This document shows positions 22,359 through 31,728 of a stretch of DNA of 64,000 bases, piece by piece. A program made the translations under genes and the position numbers. How positions within the stretch are numbered: the first letter of the stretch is position 1; every line of letters begins with the position of its first letter. The DNA is from an uncultured delta proteobacterium (GTDB taxonomy: Bacteria > Desulfobacterota > Syntrophia > Syntrophales > UBA5619), in the NCBI GenBank assembly GCA_963817385.1, contig CAWFOM010000005.1, positions 96,001 through 160,000 of the forward strand. The letters run 5' to 3'. The notes beneath the pieces were generated by a model. It saw only the letters and a program-made list of their open reading frames with translations. It ran no database searches and was not told where the DNA came from.

Positions 22359-22913
22359 ATGGAACTGTATCAAGCAATTGAAAAACGCAGAACAATCCGT
22401 AAATTCCGAGGGCCCGCCACCGAAGATCAGTTGAAGAAAATTCTCGCGGCCGGCACCCGATCACCTTCGGGCATGAACAAGCAAAATTGGGAATTCGTTG
22501 CTGTTGATGATCCGGGTATCATTGAGAAAATCAGCCAGGTCAAATACGTCTATAATCGCGGCAAAGCTGCAGGAGAAGAAGTGCCCGAAGAACAGGAAAA
22601 AGGAGCGCTGAAACAGAAGGATTCCTTTAAAAACGCCAGCCTCATCGTGGTCTATTGCAACCGGGAACTTGCCGATACCGCGGGTCCTTGGTTATGTATC
22701 GAAAATATGCTCCTTGCGGCGGTCGCCGAGGGCTTGGGCACACGGATTGCCCGCTTCGGCGGCGATGCGATCGGGCAAATCAACGCCATCCTTCATGCCC
22801 CCCAGCAAATGGAGCTGGTTGCGGCCATTTCCATCGGTCTCCCTGCAGAAGAACCCGCACCTCGCAAACTGAGGCCGGAGGGAAGCTGGCTGCACCGCAA
22901 CCGGTTCTCATAA
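22359..22913 (+). CDS. nitroreductase family protein
   Basis: RRTIRKF, SPSGMNKQNWEF, ENMLLAAVAEGLGT. Confidence 0.9.
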   Translation: MELYQAIEKRRTIRKFRGPATEDQLKKILAAGTRSPSGMNKQNWEFVAVDDPGIIEKISQVKYVYNRGKAAGEEVPEEQEKGALKQKDSFKNASLIVVYCNRELADTAGPWLCIENMLLAAVAEGLGTRIARFGGDAIGQINAILHAPQQMELVAAISIGLPAEEPAPRKLRPEGSWLHRNRFS

Positions 22914-23017
22914 CGCTGCCTTAGCCGCCTCTCATTCCCTGGGTTTTCCCCTGCAAACGGAAACGGAAGGGGTTCCATTGTCTCAACGTGAATTGATTTA
23001 TCGTCACCGGAGGGAAA

Positions 23018-23383
23018 ATGAAGATATTCAAAATTGATGACTATTTGAAGTTGAATAATCCGACCCCCGGAAAGGTGCATCGTCAAGAGATCCTCACCCC
23101 GGATCATCACGCCAATGAACTGGGCGGTATTTTCGGCATCATCGTTGCGCGAAGTAAAGGGGATTACCACTATCACAATCGGCGTGAATCCTTGCTGTTG
23201 ATCATCAGCGGTGAAGCGGCGGAATACGTTGAAGGTAAAGAACACCCGATCAAAGCCGGCGACGTGATCTTCATCCGACCGGGAGAAAAGCACACCATTG
23301 TGAATCACTCGGATAACGATCTCCGCTTTTTGGAGTTCTTCACGCACCCCCCGGTAAGTGCGGACAAAATTAGCGTCGAGTAA
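23018..23383 (+). CDS. cupin domain protein
   Basis: HYH...E...G and GD..FI.PGEKH cupin motifs. Confidence 0.85.
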   Translation: MKIFKIDDYLKLNNPTPGKVHRQEILTPDHHANELGGIFGIIVARSKGDYHYHNRRESLLLIISGEAAEYVEGKEHPIKAGDVIFIRPGEKHTIVNHSDNDLRFLEFFTHPPVSADKISVE

Positions 23384-23440
23384 CGCCGGAGAGAATGAAG
23401 AAGTTACATATGTCAAATATATTTCCAGAAAGGATATACA

Positions 23441-24655
23441 ATGGATTATGGGAGAGGATTAATTGGCGTTGATTGGGAAGAGCGGGTCAATTTTGACCGA
23501 TTAAGGAAAAGCAGGATAGAGAAGGTCAGAAAAGCGGTCCTGGATTCGGGAGTCGACCTCCTGCTCACGTTCAGACTGGAAAATATTCGCTATGCGACCG
23601 CACTGAGGACCCATGACTGGCCTCAGGCCCATTTCGGTATGGCTGCACTGGCCATCACCTCCAGGAGCCAGGAATTTCTTTACACCCTGGATTATCATCA
23701 TGTGAAAGCCAGAGCTCCCTGGCTATGGAGTTCCCTGGCCGAGGATGCGAAGGGAGAGCCGGTCACATCACGGGGCCTGGAAACGGAGACGGGTTCCACG
23801 GTTTGGGCGCAGGATGTTCTCAAAAGATGTAAGAAGCTGGACATCAAAGTGAAAAGGGTGGCGGTGGATATGTATTCTCCCGGTCTTGCCTATGCGCTTC
23901 CCAGGGTTTTCAAGGATGCGGAGTTCGTCAACGGTCAGGATGTCATGATCAAGGCGCGTTCCATCAAGACTCCGGATGAAATTCTCTGTCTCAAGATTGC
24001 CTACGATATGACGATGTCGGGCATGTATGAAGCCAAAGAGTTTCTCAGACCCGGCGTCCGTGAATGCGAAGTACTGGCGGTCGCATTCAAGAGGTTTTAT
24101 GATCTTGCCGGCGAATGGACTCAGTGTTCGAATATCGTTTGCTCGGGCCCTTATACCGCTCCGTACCGGCGCTTTACATCAGACAGAATCATCGCCGACG
24201 GCGATCCGGTGATCATCGATATCGGAAGCCGTTTCAACGGTTACTGGGGGGATTACACCAGAACATGGATCTGCGGCGACAAGGCCCCTTCGAAGGAGCT
24301 TGTGAAGCTGCATGTGCGGGCTTATGAGGGCTTGAAAAGGGCGCAGAAGGCCATCAAGCCGGGCGCAACGACTGAGGAGGTGGCGCTCGCCTGCGGCGAG
24401 GAGCAGATATTAAACCACAGTCTCGGGCATGGAATCGGCGTGGGCGCAAACGATGTGCCTTTTATCGGCATCTATCCGGGCGTGACCGGAAAAGACGCAC
24501 GCAAACTCGAAGTGGGAATGGTCTTCTCGATCGAACCTTACGCGGGGAAGCCGGGTATCGGCGGTATCCGCCTGGAAGACAATTTTGTCGTGACGGAGGA
24601 TGGGTGTGAGTGCATCAGCGCAGGAACTCCTTTTGAGAAAATGCTGATGGGGTAG
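23441..24655 (+). CDS. M24 family (Xaa-Pro peptidase/creatinase fold) metalloenzyme
   Basis: IDIG, GDYTRT, GHGIG, SIEP, RLED ligand set. Confidence 0.88.
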   Translation: MDYGRGLIGVDWEERVNFDRLRKSRIEKVRKAVLDSGVDLLLTFRLENIRYATALRTHDWPQAHFGMAALAITSRSQEFLYTLDYHHVKARAPWLWSSLAEDAKGEPVTSRGLETETGSTVWAQDVLKRCKKLDIKVKRVAVDMYSPGLAYALPRVFKDAEFVNGQDVMIKARSIKTPDEILCLKIAYDMTMSGMYEAKEFLRPGVRECEVLAVAFKRFYDLAGEWTQCSNIVCSGPYTAPYRRFTSDRIIADGDPVIIDIGSRFNGYWGDYTRTWICGDKAPSKELVKLHVRAYEGLKRAQKAIKPGATTEEVALACGEEQILNHSLGHGIGVGANDVPFIGIYPGVTGKDARKLEVGMVFSIEPYAGKPGIGGIRLEDNFVVTEDGCECISAGTPFEKMLMG

Positions 24656-24681
24656 CCGTTATAAAAAATTTGAGGAAAAGC

Positions 24682-25647
24682 ATGTACAAGGTGAAGTCCA
24701 CCTCCCTCGATTTCGGCAAAATGGATCGAGGTCCGATCGATTTCCTGATCGAGAATGGTTGCGAATTTGAATCTGTGCAGATCGACGCCAATTCCGAGGA
24801 ACAGGGCATTGAAGCGGCGAGAGAAGCGGATGTCCTGGTCGTCGGTTTGCAGCGAATCACCGAAAGGGTGCTCGATGCTGCAAAGCGGCTCAAGGTCATC
24901 GGGAGGTGCGGTGTCGGGCTCGATAACATCGATTTGAAGGCCGCCGGCGCAAGGCGGATTCCGGTCGTGTATACGCCGGGCGCCAACGCACAGACGGTGG
25001 CAGACCTTACCCTTGGCCTTATGCTTGCCCTGGTCAGAAAAATTCCCCAGGCCGACAGGATGACAAAGGGGGGCGAATGGAAAAGGATCATGGGCAATGA
25101 TGTTTGGGGAAAGACCCTGGGAATATTCGGCCTTGGCCAAATCGGATTCAACGTGGCCAGACGGGCGAAGGGCTTCGACATGAACATCATTGCGTACGAT
25201 CTTTTTGAGAACCTGCCGTTGGCAGGAGAGTTGGGCATCGAATACAAAAGCAAGGCGGAGATCCTCAGAGAGGCGGATTTCATCACCCTGCATCTGCCGC
25301 TGAATCCGGAAACACTAAAATTTATCAGTGATGGTGATTTGAAAGCCATGAAAAAAAACGCGGTCCTTGTCAATACGTCCCGAGGCGGAATTGTTGACGA
25401 GAAGGCGCTCTATCTGGCCTTGAAGTCGGGAACGATCGCCGGCGCCGCTCTCGATGTCTTTGAACATGAACCGCCGGGGCAAACCCCGCTGGTTCAATTG
25501 GATAACTTTATCGGTTGTCCCCACATCGGAGGCATCACGACCGAGGCTATCGCCCGGATAGGGATGACGGTTTCCCGGGACATTGTCTCGGTCCTGAAGG
25601 GCCGGACGCCGAAATTCCCGGCGAACAAAGAATGGATGGCCTCGTAA
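24682..25647 (+). CDS. D-isomer-specific 2-hydroxyacid dehydrogenase (SerA-like)
   Basis: GVGLDNID, GLGQIG, NTSRGG, DVFEHEP, PHIG. Confidence 0.9.
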   Translation: MYKVKSTSLDFGKMDRGPIDFLIENGCEFESVQIDANSEEQGIEAAREADVLVVGLQRITERVLDAAKRLKVIGRCGVGLDNIDLKAAGARRIPVVYTPGANAQTVADLTLGLMLALVRKIPQADRMTKGGEWKRIMGNDVWGKTLGIFGLGQIGFNVARRAKGFDMNIIAYDLFENLPLAGELGIEYKSKAEILREADFITLHLPLNPETLKFISDGDLKAMKKNAVLVNTSRGGIVDEKALYLALKSGTIAGAALDVFEHEPPGQTPLVQLDNFIGCPHIGGITTEAIARIGMTVSRDIVSVLKGRTPKFPANKEWMAS

Positions 25648-25651
25648 AAAA

Positions 25652-26575
25652 ATGAGCAGAGTCAAGGAAAAGATATCCTCGGTGGGAGTAATCGGGCTCG
25701 GCTTCATGGGTTCGGCGATATCCGCAAGTATTGCTAAAGAGGGTTTTCACTTGACCGGATTCGATATCGCCCGGGAAAGAGTGGCCATGCTGGTTGAAAC
25801 GGGCGGTGAGGCCGCACCGTCTTCCCGGGAGGTTGCTGAAAATGTTGACATGATACTCACTTCGCTTCCCAGCCTGACCGCTTTTGAGGATGTCATATGG
25901 GGAGAGCGGGGGATATTGTCCTCCAGGCGGAAGGGTTTGACCGTCATGGAGTGCAGCACCTTATCGGTTGAGGATAAGCGAAAAGCCCATGATGATATGA
26001 AAAAATCCGGTATGGTTCTCCTTGATTGCCCGATCAGCGGGGGAATACGGGCTGCCGAAAAAGACCTTGTCGTGTATGGCAGCGGAAATCAGGAAGCATA
26101 TGAACGGTGTCTCCCGGTCGTCAACGGTTTTGCCAGGGCAAACTATTACCTTGGAGAATTCGGCAACGGAACGAAAATGAAGATCCTGGCCAACCTTCTG
26201 GTCGCTATCCACAATGTGTCATCCGCAGAAGCGATGGTTTTGGGGATGAAGGCCGGATTGGATCCGGAACTGATTTATCAAGTCATGAACGACAGCTCGG
26301 GACGTTCGCGCATGTTTGAAGTTCGAGGGCCGCGCATGGTGGGGAACGATTATGAAAATCCCAGCATGAAAGTGAAGGTATTCCAGAAGGATTTAAAAAT
26401 CATTGAAAGTTTTGCTTCACATCTTAATTGTCCGACGCCGTTATTTGCAAGCTGCATTCAAGTCTATTTGGGCGCTATGGCCCTGGGTTTTGAAAACAAA
26501 GATACCGCTTCCGTATGCGCTGTCTTAGAGGAATGGGCACATTTGAAACGGACTGAGCGCAAACGACGCAAGTAA
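25652..26575 (+). CDS. 3-hydroxyisobutyrate dehydrogenase-family NAD(P) oxidoreductase
   Basis: IGLGFMG, DCPISGG, KILANLL, KDL. Confidence 0.88.
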   Translation: MSRVKEKISSVGVIGLGFMGSAISASIAKEGFHLTGFDIARERVAMLVETGGEAAPSSREVAENVDMILTSLPSLTAFEDVIWGERGILSSRRKGLTVMECSTLSVEDKRKAHDDMKKSGMVLLDCPISGGIRAAEKDLVVYGSGNQEAYERCLPVVNGFARANYYLGEFGNGTKMKILANLLVAIHNVSSAEAMVLGMKAGLDPELIYQVMNDSSGRSRMFEVRGPRMVGNDYENPSMKVKVFQKDLKIIESFASHLNCPTPLFASCIQVYLGAMALGFENKDTASVCAVLEEWAHLKRTERKRRK

Positions 26576-26594
26576 TTCAACAAGGAGGAAGGCA

Positions 26595-28136
26595 ATGAAA
26601 GAAGTCAAGATAATAGAGAGATGGGTGAGGATCATCTCCGCCCTGGCCGTTGCGGGAATTCTGCTGATGTCCACGGGTAACGTTTGCGCGGCGCCTCAAG
26701 GGACGCTGAAGCAGGCCATCCACTGGTCTTTTTCAGCCGACTGGTTTGATCCATCCATGGGCAGCTTCCCGATCCCCGCCTACCATCCCTTGTATCTCTT
26801 TCATGATGCCCTGCTCAAGCCGATGCCCGGAGGCCTTTTCACCCCAAGTGTGGCAGAGTCATGGACCATCAGTGAAGATTCCAAGACTTTTGAGTTCAAA
26901 ATCCGCAAGGGCATTAAATTTCACAATGGAGATGTTTTGACGGCCGAGGATGTGGCGTTTACCATCAAACGATACAAAGGGGCCAACGCCAAAACAATCC
27001 AGAGCCGGATTGAGAAAGTAGAAGCGTTGAATCCCAACCTGGTACGCATTCAATTCACGGAAAGCTTCCCCGATTTCCTCGAGTATATGCTGCCGGGAGC
27101 GACGACCATTGCCTGGATTGTCCCCAAGAAGTACATAGAAAAGGTCGGGGATATGGAATTTAAGAAGCATCCCATCGGCGCCGGCCCTTACAAGTATGTA
27201 GAGTCTGTTCCCGGGGTCAAGCTGGTTGCGGAAGCATTTGAGGGATACTGGAGGAAGACGCCGAACATCAAACATCTGGAGTTTTACAACATCCCCGAGC
27301 CGGCAACCCGACTGGCCATGGTCAAGCGGGGCGAGGCCGATATCGCCACGCTCATGCAGGGGGTCTATTATGAAGATTTAAAGAAAACTCCGAATCTGCG
27401 GGTACTGGCCCCCTTGAGCCCGGTTAACTGGATGGCCTACCTCGGCGCCCAATGGGATCCCAAATCGCCGTGGGCCGACCCGCGGGTGCGCAAAGCGGCA
27501 AGCCTGGCCATAGATCGACAGACGCTGGCGGATATCCACATGCCTGGCTGCGGGCCGGTAGGGACGCTGGCGATGAGCAACGACCCGACGGCCGTTATTT
27601 TCCCGGCGGATCCGTATGACCCGGCGGGGGCCAAGAAGCTTCTGGCCGAAGCCGGATACCCTTCCGGTTTCAACGGGGGAAAGTTTTATCCTTATGAGGG
27701 AGGATACTGGCCCTTCGGCGAACAGGTAGCCACCTACTGGAAGGCCGTAGGCATCAATGTGGAAACGGTCCTGTTGGATAAACCGGCGCTTTTAGCCCAG
27801 AGGGCGGCAGGAAAGATGAAAGATGCGGTCTTCATCGATAACCCGACCGCGCCCACGGTCGGACTGCGCCTGAGCAACCTTTTCAGCGGCGGTTCTTACG
27901 GGAATTACCCCGACATCGCAGAACTCTGGAACAAATACCAAAAAGAACCATCGCAGAAAGTCCGCAAAACACTGAGCGAGAAGATTCAGACCCTTGTCCA
28001 CGAGAGGAGGATGTGGCTCCCCTTGACTAACACCAACTCTCCGGCGGCTATCGGTCCCAGGGTGAAGGGGAACCCGTATAAGATCCAGCCGATGATCTGG
28101 TTCACGGCCCCCTTTGAAGATATTGAATTGAATTGA
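26595..28136 (+). CDS. ABC transporter substrate-binding protein, family 5
   Basis: Signal peptide; AESWTIS, FKIRKGIKFHNG..LTAEDV, PIGAGPYK. Confidence 0.92.
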   Translation: MKEVKIIERWVRIISALAVAGILLMSTGNVCAAPQGTLKQAIHWSFSADWFDPSMGSFPIPAYHPLYLFHDALLKPMPGGLFTPSVAESWTISEDSKTFEFKIRKGIKFHNGDVLTAEDVAFTIKRYKGANAKTIQSRIEKVEALNPNLVRIQFTESFPDFLEYMLPGATTIAWIVPKKYIEKVGDMEFKKHPIGAGPYKYVESVPGVKLVAEAFEGYWRKTPNIKHLEFYNIPEPATRLAMVKRGEADIATLMQGVYYEDLKKTPNLRVLAPLSPVNWMAYLGAQWDPKSPWADPRVRKAASLAIDRQTLADIHMPGCGPVGTLAMSNDPTAVIFPADPYDPAGAKKLLAEAGYPSGFNGGKFYPYEGGYWPFGEQVATYWKAVGINVETVLLDKPALLAQRAAGKMKDAVFIDNPTAPTVGLRLSNLFSGGSYGNYPDIAELWNKYQKEPSQKVRKTLSEKIQTLVHERRMWLPLTNTNSPAAIGPRVKGNPYKIQPMIWFTAPFEDIELN

Positions 28137-28204
28137 TTTAAACAGGAGCGACAGACTATCTTGTCCGTCGCTCCACCAGGCAACGATATGGGCCACCTTT
28201 CTTC

Positions 28205-28684
28205 ATGAAAAAATTGAATAAAAAGAAGGTAAGGACTCATTGTAGCATATTGTTCCTGTGTTCCTTTTCCATTTTCCTTATGTCTTGCCTGAGCTGGATA
28301 CTGGAGAAGCCATCCTTCATCCTTCGCGGGGTCATCGTCAGTCCCCGCTCCTTCACCGAGATGAATCTTCTCATCGGTCTCGATGTACAAAATCCGAATC
28401 GTTTTGACCTTACTCTCAAATCTTTCGAATGCACCATTTATCTAAGAAATGAGGAAATCGGAAAGGGCCGCCTGAAAAATGAACTCCTGATCCCCTCATC
28501 ATCAACAACACAGATACAGGTACCGATCGATGCAAAGCTCATAGACCTTGGAGGAAGCTTGAGGGCCATTTTGACAGGGGGTGACCTGCCTTATAAGATA
28601 GAGGGTATGGCCGATGTCAGGACCGCATTCGGAAGCCTCAATTTCCTTTTCTCGAAAGAGGGATCTACCAATTTGGAAAATTAG
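28205..28684 (+). CDS. LEA type 2 / WHy-domain protein (probable lipoprotein)
   Basis: Hydrophobic leader ending LMSC; VQNPN.FDL motif. Confidence 0.8.
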   Translation: MKKLNKKKVRTHCSILFLCSFSIFLMSCLSWILEKPSFILRGVIVSPRSFTEMNLLIGLDVQNPNRFDLTLKSFECTIYLRNEEIGKGRLKNELLIPSSSTTQIQVPIDAKLIDLGGSLRAILTGGDLPYKIEGMADVRTAFGSLNFLFSKEGSTNLEN

Positions 28685-28859
28685 GGCGTGTGAAGTTGTA
28701 CAAGAGGCTTTCGATCTGGGTATAAACTGGTGGCAGAATGAATCTTGTCAATATGCGGGATAAGCAGATCACTATTGAACTTGATCCCAACAAAGCGAGA
28801 ACTCCTGGAAGAGATGAAACAGGTTCAGTGATCCATGGTGAAAGGCGAAAGAGACGCGT

Positions 28860-29711
28860 ATGACCATTATCGAAACCATTAAAATCCGAAAGTCCTGCCG
28901 GACATATAGCAACAAAGCCATTGAGCTTGAGAAGTTAACTGAATTGAGACAAATCCTGGTGTCGAACACAAAAACGCCTTTCGGAAGCAAGGTCCGCTTT
29001 CATCTCATGGATTTCAACGAAATGAATATCAGCGAGCTCAAGAATCTTACCACCTATGGCGTCATCAAGGGGGCCAGGCAATTTATCGTCGGTACTGTTG
29101 AAAAGCAACTGAGGGCCATGGAAGATTACGGCTATTGCATGGAGAAAAATATTTTGCAGGCAACCTCTATGGATCTAGGAACCTGCATGGTGGGTGGAAC
29201 TTTCAAAAGAAGCGGCTTTGCTGATAACATTACCCTTGATGAAGGTGAATTATTGCCGGTCATCAGTCCTGTTGGATATTCCAGCGATAAGAGATCAATA
29301 GTAGACAGGACGTTTAGATTTATTGCCGCATCAGATAAGAGAAAACCTTGGAATGAACTTTTTTATCTTCAAGACATGGACACTTGTCTTGATAAAGAAA
29401 ATTCCGGCAGCTTTGACACGCCGCTTGAATGTGTCAGGATGGCTCCTTCGGCGTCTAACAAACAACCCTGGCGAATCATCAAGAGTAGAGATCAAAATGC
29501 CTTTCATTTTTATCTTAAAAGGACACCGGGATATGGGAATATTGGCAAAGATATCAAACTCCAAAACGTTGATATGGGTATTGCCATGTGTCATTTTGAT
29601 CTGTCGGCAAAGGAGCTCGGGTTAACAGGAGATTGGAATGTCAACGATCCTCAAATCCAATCAGACGGTATGGAATATATAGTAAGTTGGATAGCCCATG
29701 ATCAAGCTTGA
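28860..29711 (+). CDS. nitroreductase family protein (two-domain)
   Basis: RKSCRTY, APSASNKQPWR, DMGIAMCHF. Confidence 0.88.
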   Translation: MTIIETIKIRKSCRTYSNKAIELEKLTELRQILVSNTKTPFGSKVRFHLMDFNEMNISELKNLTTYGVIKGARQFIVGTVEKQLRAMEDYGYCMEKNILQATSMDLGTCMVGGTFKRSGFADNITLDEGELLPVISPVGYSSDKRSIVDRTFRFIAASDKRKPWNELFYLQDMDTCLDKENSGSFDTPLECVRMAPSASNKQPWRIIKSRDQNAFHFYLKRTPGYGNIGKDIKLQNVDMGIAMCHFDLSAKELGLTGDWNVNDPQIQSDGMEYIVSWIAHDQA

Positions 29712-29724
29712 AAAGCGAAGATAA

Positions 29725-30105
29725 ATGAGGTGTGGGGGCATGAAAATACCAAATACCAATATTACTCTTGAGGAACTCCTGGACCAACTACCGATAAGGA
29801 TACAGTATGTGGACAAGGATGGTTTCCTGCGCTATCTGAATAAAGCCGACGCATCACACCCTGCAAATGGGAAGAGAGAGGTTGGGGTTAACATCCGGGA
29901 CTGTCATGCTCGTCCGGAAAGTCTTGAGATGATCGGCCGCATATTTAAAGACTTCAGACAGGGACGGAAAGAACCGCACTTCTATGTTTCGTCAGCAGGA
30001 AATAAGTCGATCAAGGTTCCCATCTTCGATGAACAAGGGGAATTTATCGGAGTCCTCTCCTTTTCGCATCCAGTCGGGATTCCAACAAACAGCAGGACGT
30101 TCTAA
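29725..30105 (+). CDS. stand-alone PAS-domain protein
   Basis: LDQLP..I.YVDKDG..RYLN, G.NIRDCH, PIFDEQGEFIG. Confidence 0.7.
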   Translation: MRCGGMKIPNTNITLEELLDQLPIRIQYVDKDGFLRYLNKADASHPANGKREVGVNIRDCHARPESLEMIGRIFKDFRQGRKEPHFYVSSAGNKSIKVPIFDEQGEFIGVLSFSHPVGIPTNSRTF

Positions 30106-30170
30106 CCGATGCGACAGATTAGTGGAATACAAGGCGCCGGGATTTAGGCCCAATAAAACCGAAAGGTCAT

Positions 30171-30788
30171 ATGATTATGCCAAAATATCTTCAAGTGTTT
30201 TCAGATTATATCTGACCCTGGTGCTACTTCAGTACCGGGCGTATTGAAAAGTTAAGAGAGAATTTTGAGATTGAGGTCCAATGGAGGGCATTCCCTCTTC
30301 ACCCTGAAACCCCGGAAGAGGGGCTGACCCTGGAAGAGCTCTTCGCCGGCCGGAATATCGATATTCCCTCGGCACTGACCCGCATGAAGAAAGTGGCCAA
30401 GGAATTGGACTTGCCTTGGGGTGAGCGAAAGAAGACCTATAATAGCAGGCTCGCCCAGGAACTAGGCAAATGGGCAGAGATCAAAGGAAAAGGGGACGAA
30501 TACCACAACGCGGTTTTTCGAGCCTATTTTGTCGATGGTAAAAATATTGCTAAAACTGATGTACTGATGGGACTGGTAAAAGCGATGGGGCTTCCCGAAA
30601 ATGAAGCCGGAGAAGCATTACAAATGAGAGCCTTCAAGGAGTCTGTCGATTCCGATTGGGCGCTTGTTGATGAAATGGGAATATCGTCAGTTCCAACCTT
30701 TGCTCTCAATCACCGGACAGTGGTTGGGGCGCAGCCCTACGAGGTCTTGGAACAATTCCTGCGGGAAAACGGGGTTAAGAGGAAATGA
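30171..30788 (+). CDS. DsbA/FrnE-like thiol-disulfide oxidoreductase, selenoprotein (UPWC)
   Basis: In-frame TGA at 30213-30215 in VFSDYI-U-PWCY; frame continues into ORF 30384..30788 (FPLHPE, SVPTF, GAQP); SECIS-like hairpin downstream; selA in window. Confidence 0.88.
30228..30248 (+). promoter_or_regulatory. bacterial SECIS-like stem-loop
   Basis: TTCAGTAC-cgggc-GTATTGAA; loop starts 21 nt after the UGA with G in loop position 2. Confidence 0.65.
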
Positions 30789-30828
30789 GCACTTTACCGA
30801 AAGGCAAAATCAAACCGGAAAGGATAAC

Positions 30829-31653
30829 ATGTCTCTTTTTACCATTGATCAAAAAAAATGCCGGCGGGATGGTCTCTGCGTGGCTGAATGCACGGCAAAA
30901 CTAATTGAAATCGTCGGGGATGAAGGTTTTCCCAGACCCATTGACGGAGCCGAAGAGCTTTGTATCAACTGCGGCCATTGCGTTTCCATCTGCCCTCATG
31001 AGGCATTATCTCTCAGAACAATGTCTCCGAAAGATTGTCTTCCCGTACGGAACGAGCTGCTTCTCAGCCCGGAACACTGTGTACATTTTTTGAGGTCCCG
31101 AAGATCGATTCGCAATTACAAGGAAAAACGGGTGCCGCGTGATCTCTTGCAGAAGCTGATTGAAACCGCTCGCTATGCACCCACGGGCCATAACAGTCAG
31201 CCTGTGCACTGGCTGGTTATTGAAGATGCGACAAAGGTAAGGCGCCTGGGCGGACTGGTGGCGGATTGGATGCGGTCCCTGCTTGCAAAGAAGGCTGAAT
31301 TTGCCCTTTCTATGCACATGGACAGGATAGTGGACTCCTGGAACAAGGGGATCGATCGGATCCTGCGTAGCGCACCCCATCTGGTCGTGGCTCACGGGTT
31401 ATCGACTATGCCCATCTCTCAGTCATCCTGTTTCATTGCCTTAACGTACCTGGAGTTGGCAGCGCCATCTCTCGGTTTGGGCACCTGTTGGGCCGGTTAT
31501 TTTACTGCCGCAGCCAATTCCTATCCCCCGCTGCAGGAAGCCCTGGCCTTGCCTCAGGGTCACCTGCCTTACGGGGCTACGATGATCGGTTATCCGAAGT
31601 ACAGCTATCAGCGAATGCCCCCTCGAAACAAACCCGAAATAACCTGGAGATAA
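30829..31653 (+). CDS. nitroreductase with N-terminal 4Fe-4S domain
   Basis: CRRDGLCVAEC, CINCGHCVSICP, RRSIRNY, APTGHNSQ. Confidence 0.9.
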   Translation: MSLFTIDQKKCRRDGLCVAECTAKLIEIVGDEGFPRPIDGAEELCINCGHCVSICPHEALSLRTMSPKDCLPVRNELLLSPEHCVHFLRSRRSIRNYKEKRVPRDLLQKLIETARYAPTGHNSQPVHWLVIEDATKVRRLGGLVADWMRSLLAKKAEFALSMHMDRIVDSWNKGIDRILRSAPHLVVAHGLSTMPISQSSCFIALTYLELAAPSLGLGTCWAGYFTAAANSYPPLQEALALPQGHLPYGATMIGYPKYSYQRMPPRNKPEITWR

Positions 31654-31728
31654 GAAAGATGTGTAACCACTTTGTTCTGCGAACTGACGTATGGGTAATC
31701 ACTGAAACTAAACAGGGAGGAGCTTCAT

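Noticed and set aside
25635..25650. GATGGCCTCGTAAAAA resembling the MITE-like end at 54.2 kb
   Set aside because: Lies at a gene end with no partner inverted repeat; may be chance.
30216..30239. Alternative hairpin immediately after the UGA (ccctggtgct/agtaccggg)
   Set aside because: Loop too close to the UGA and lacks the apical G; the 30228-30248 fold fits the bacterial SECIS pattern better.
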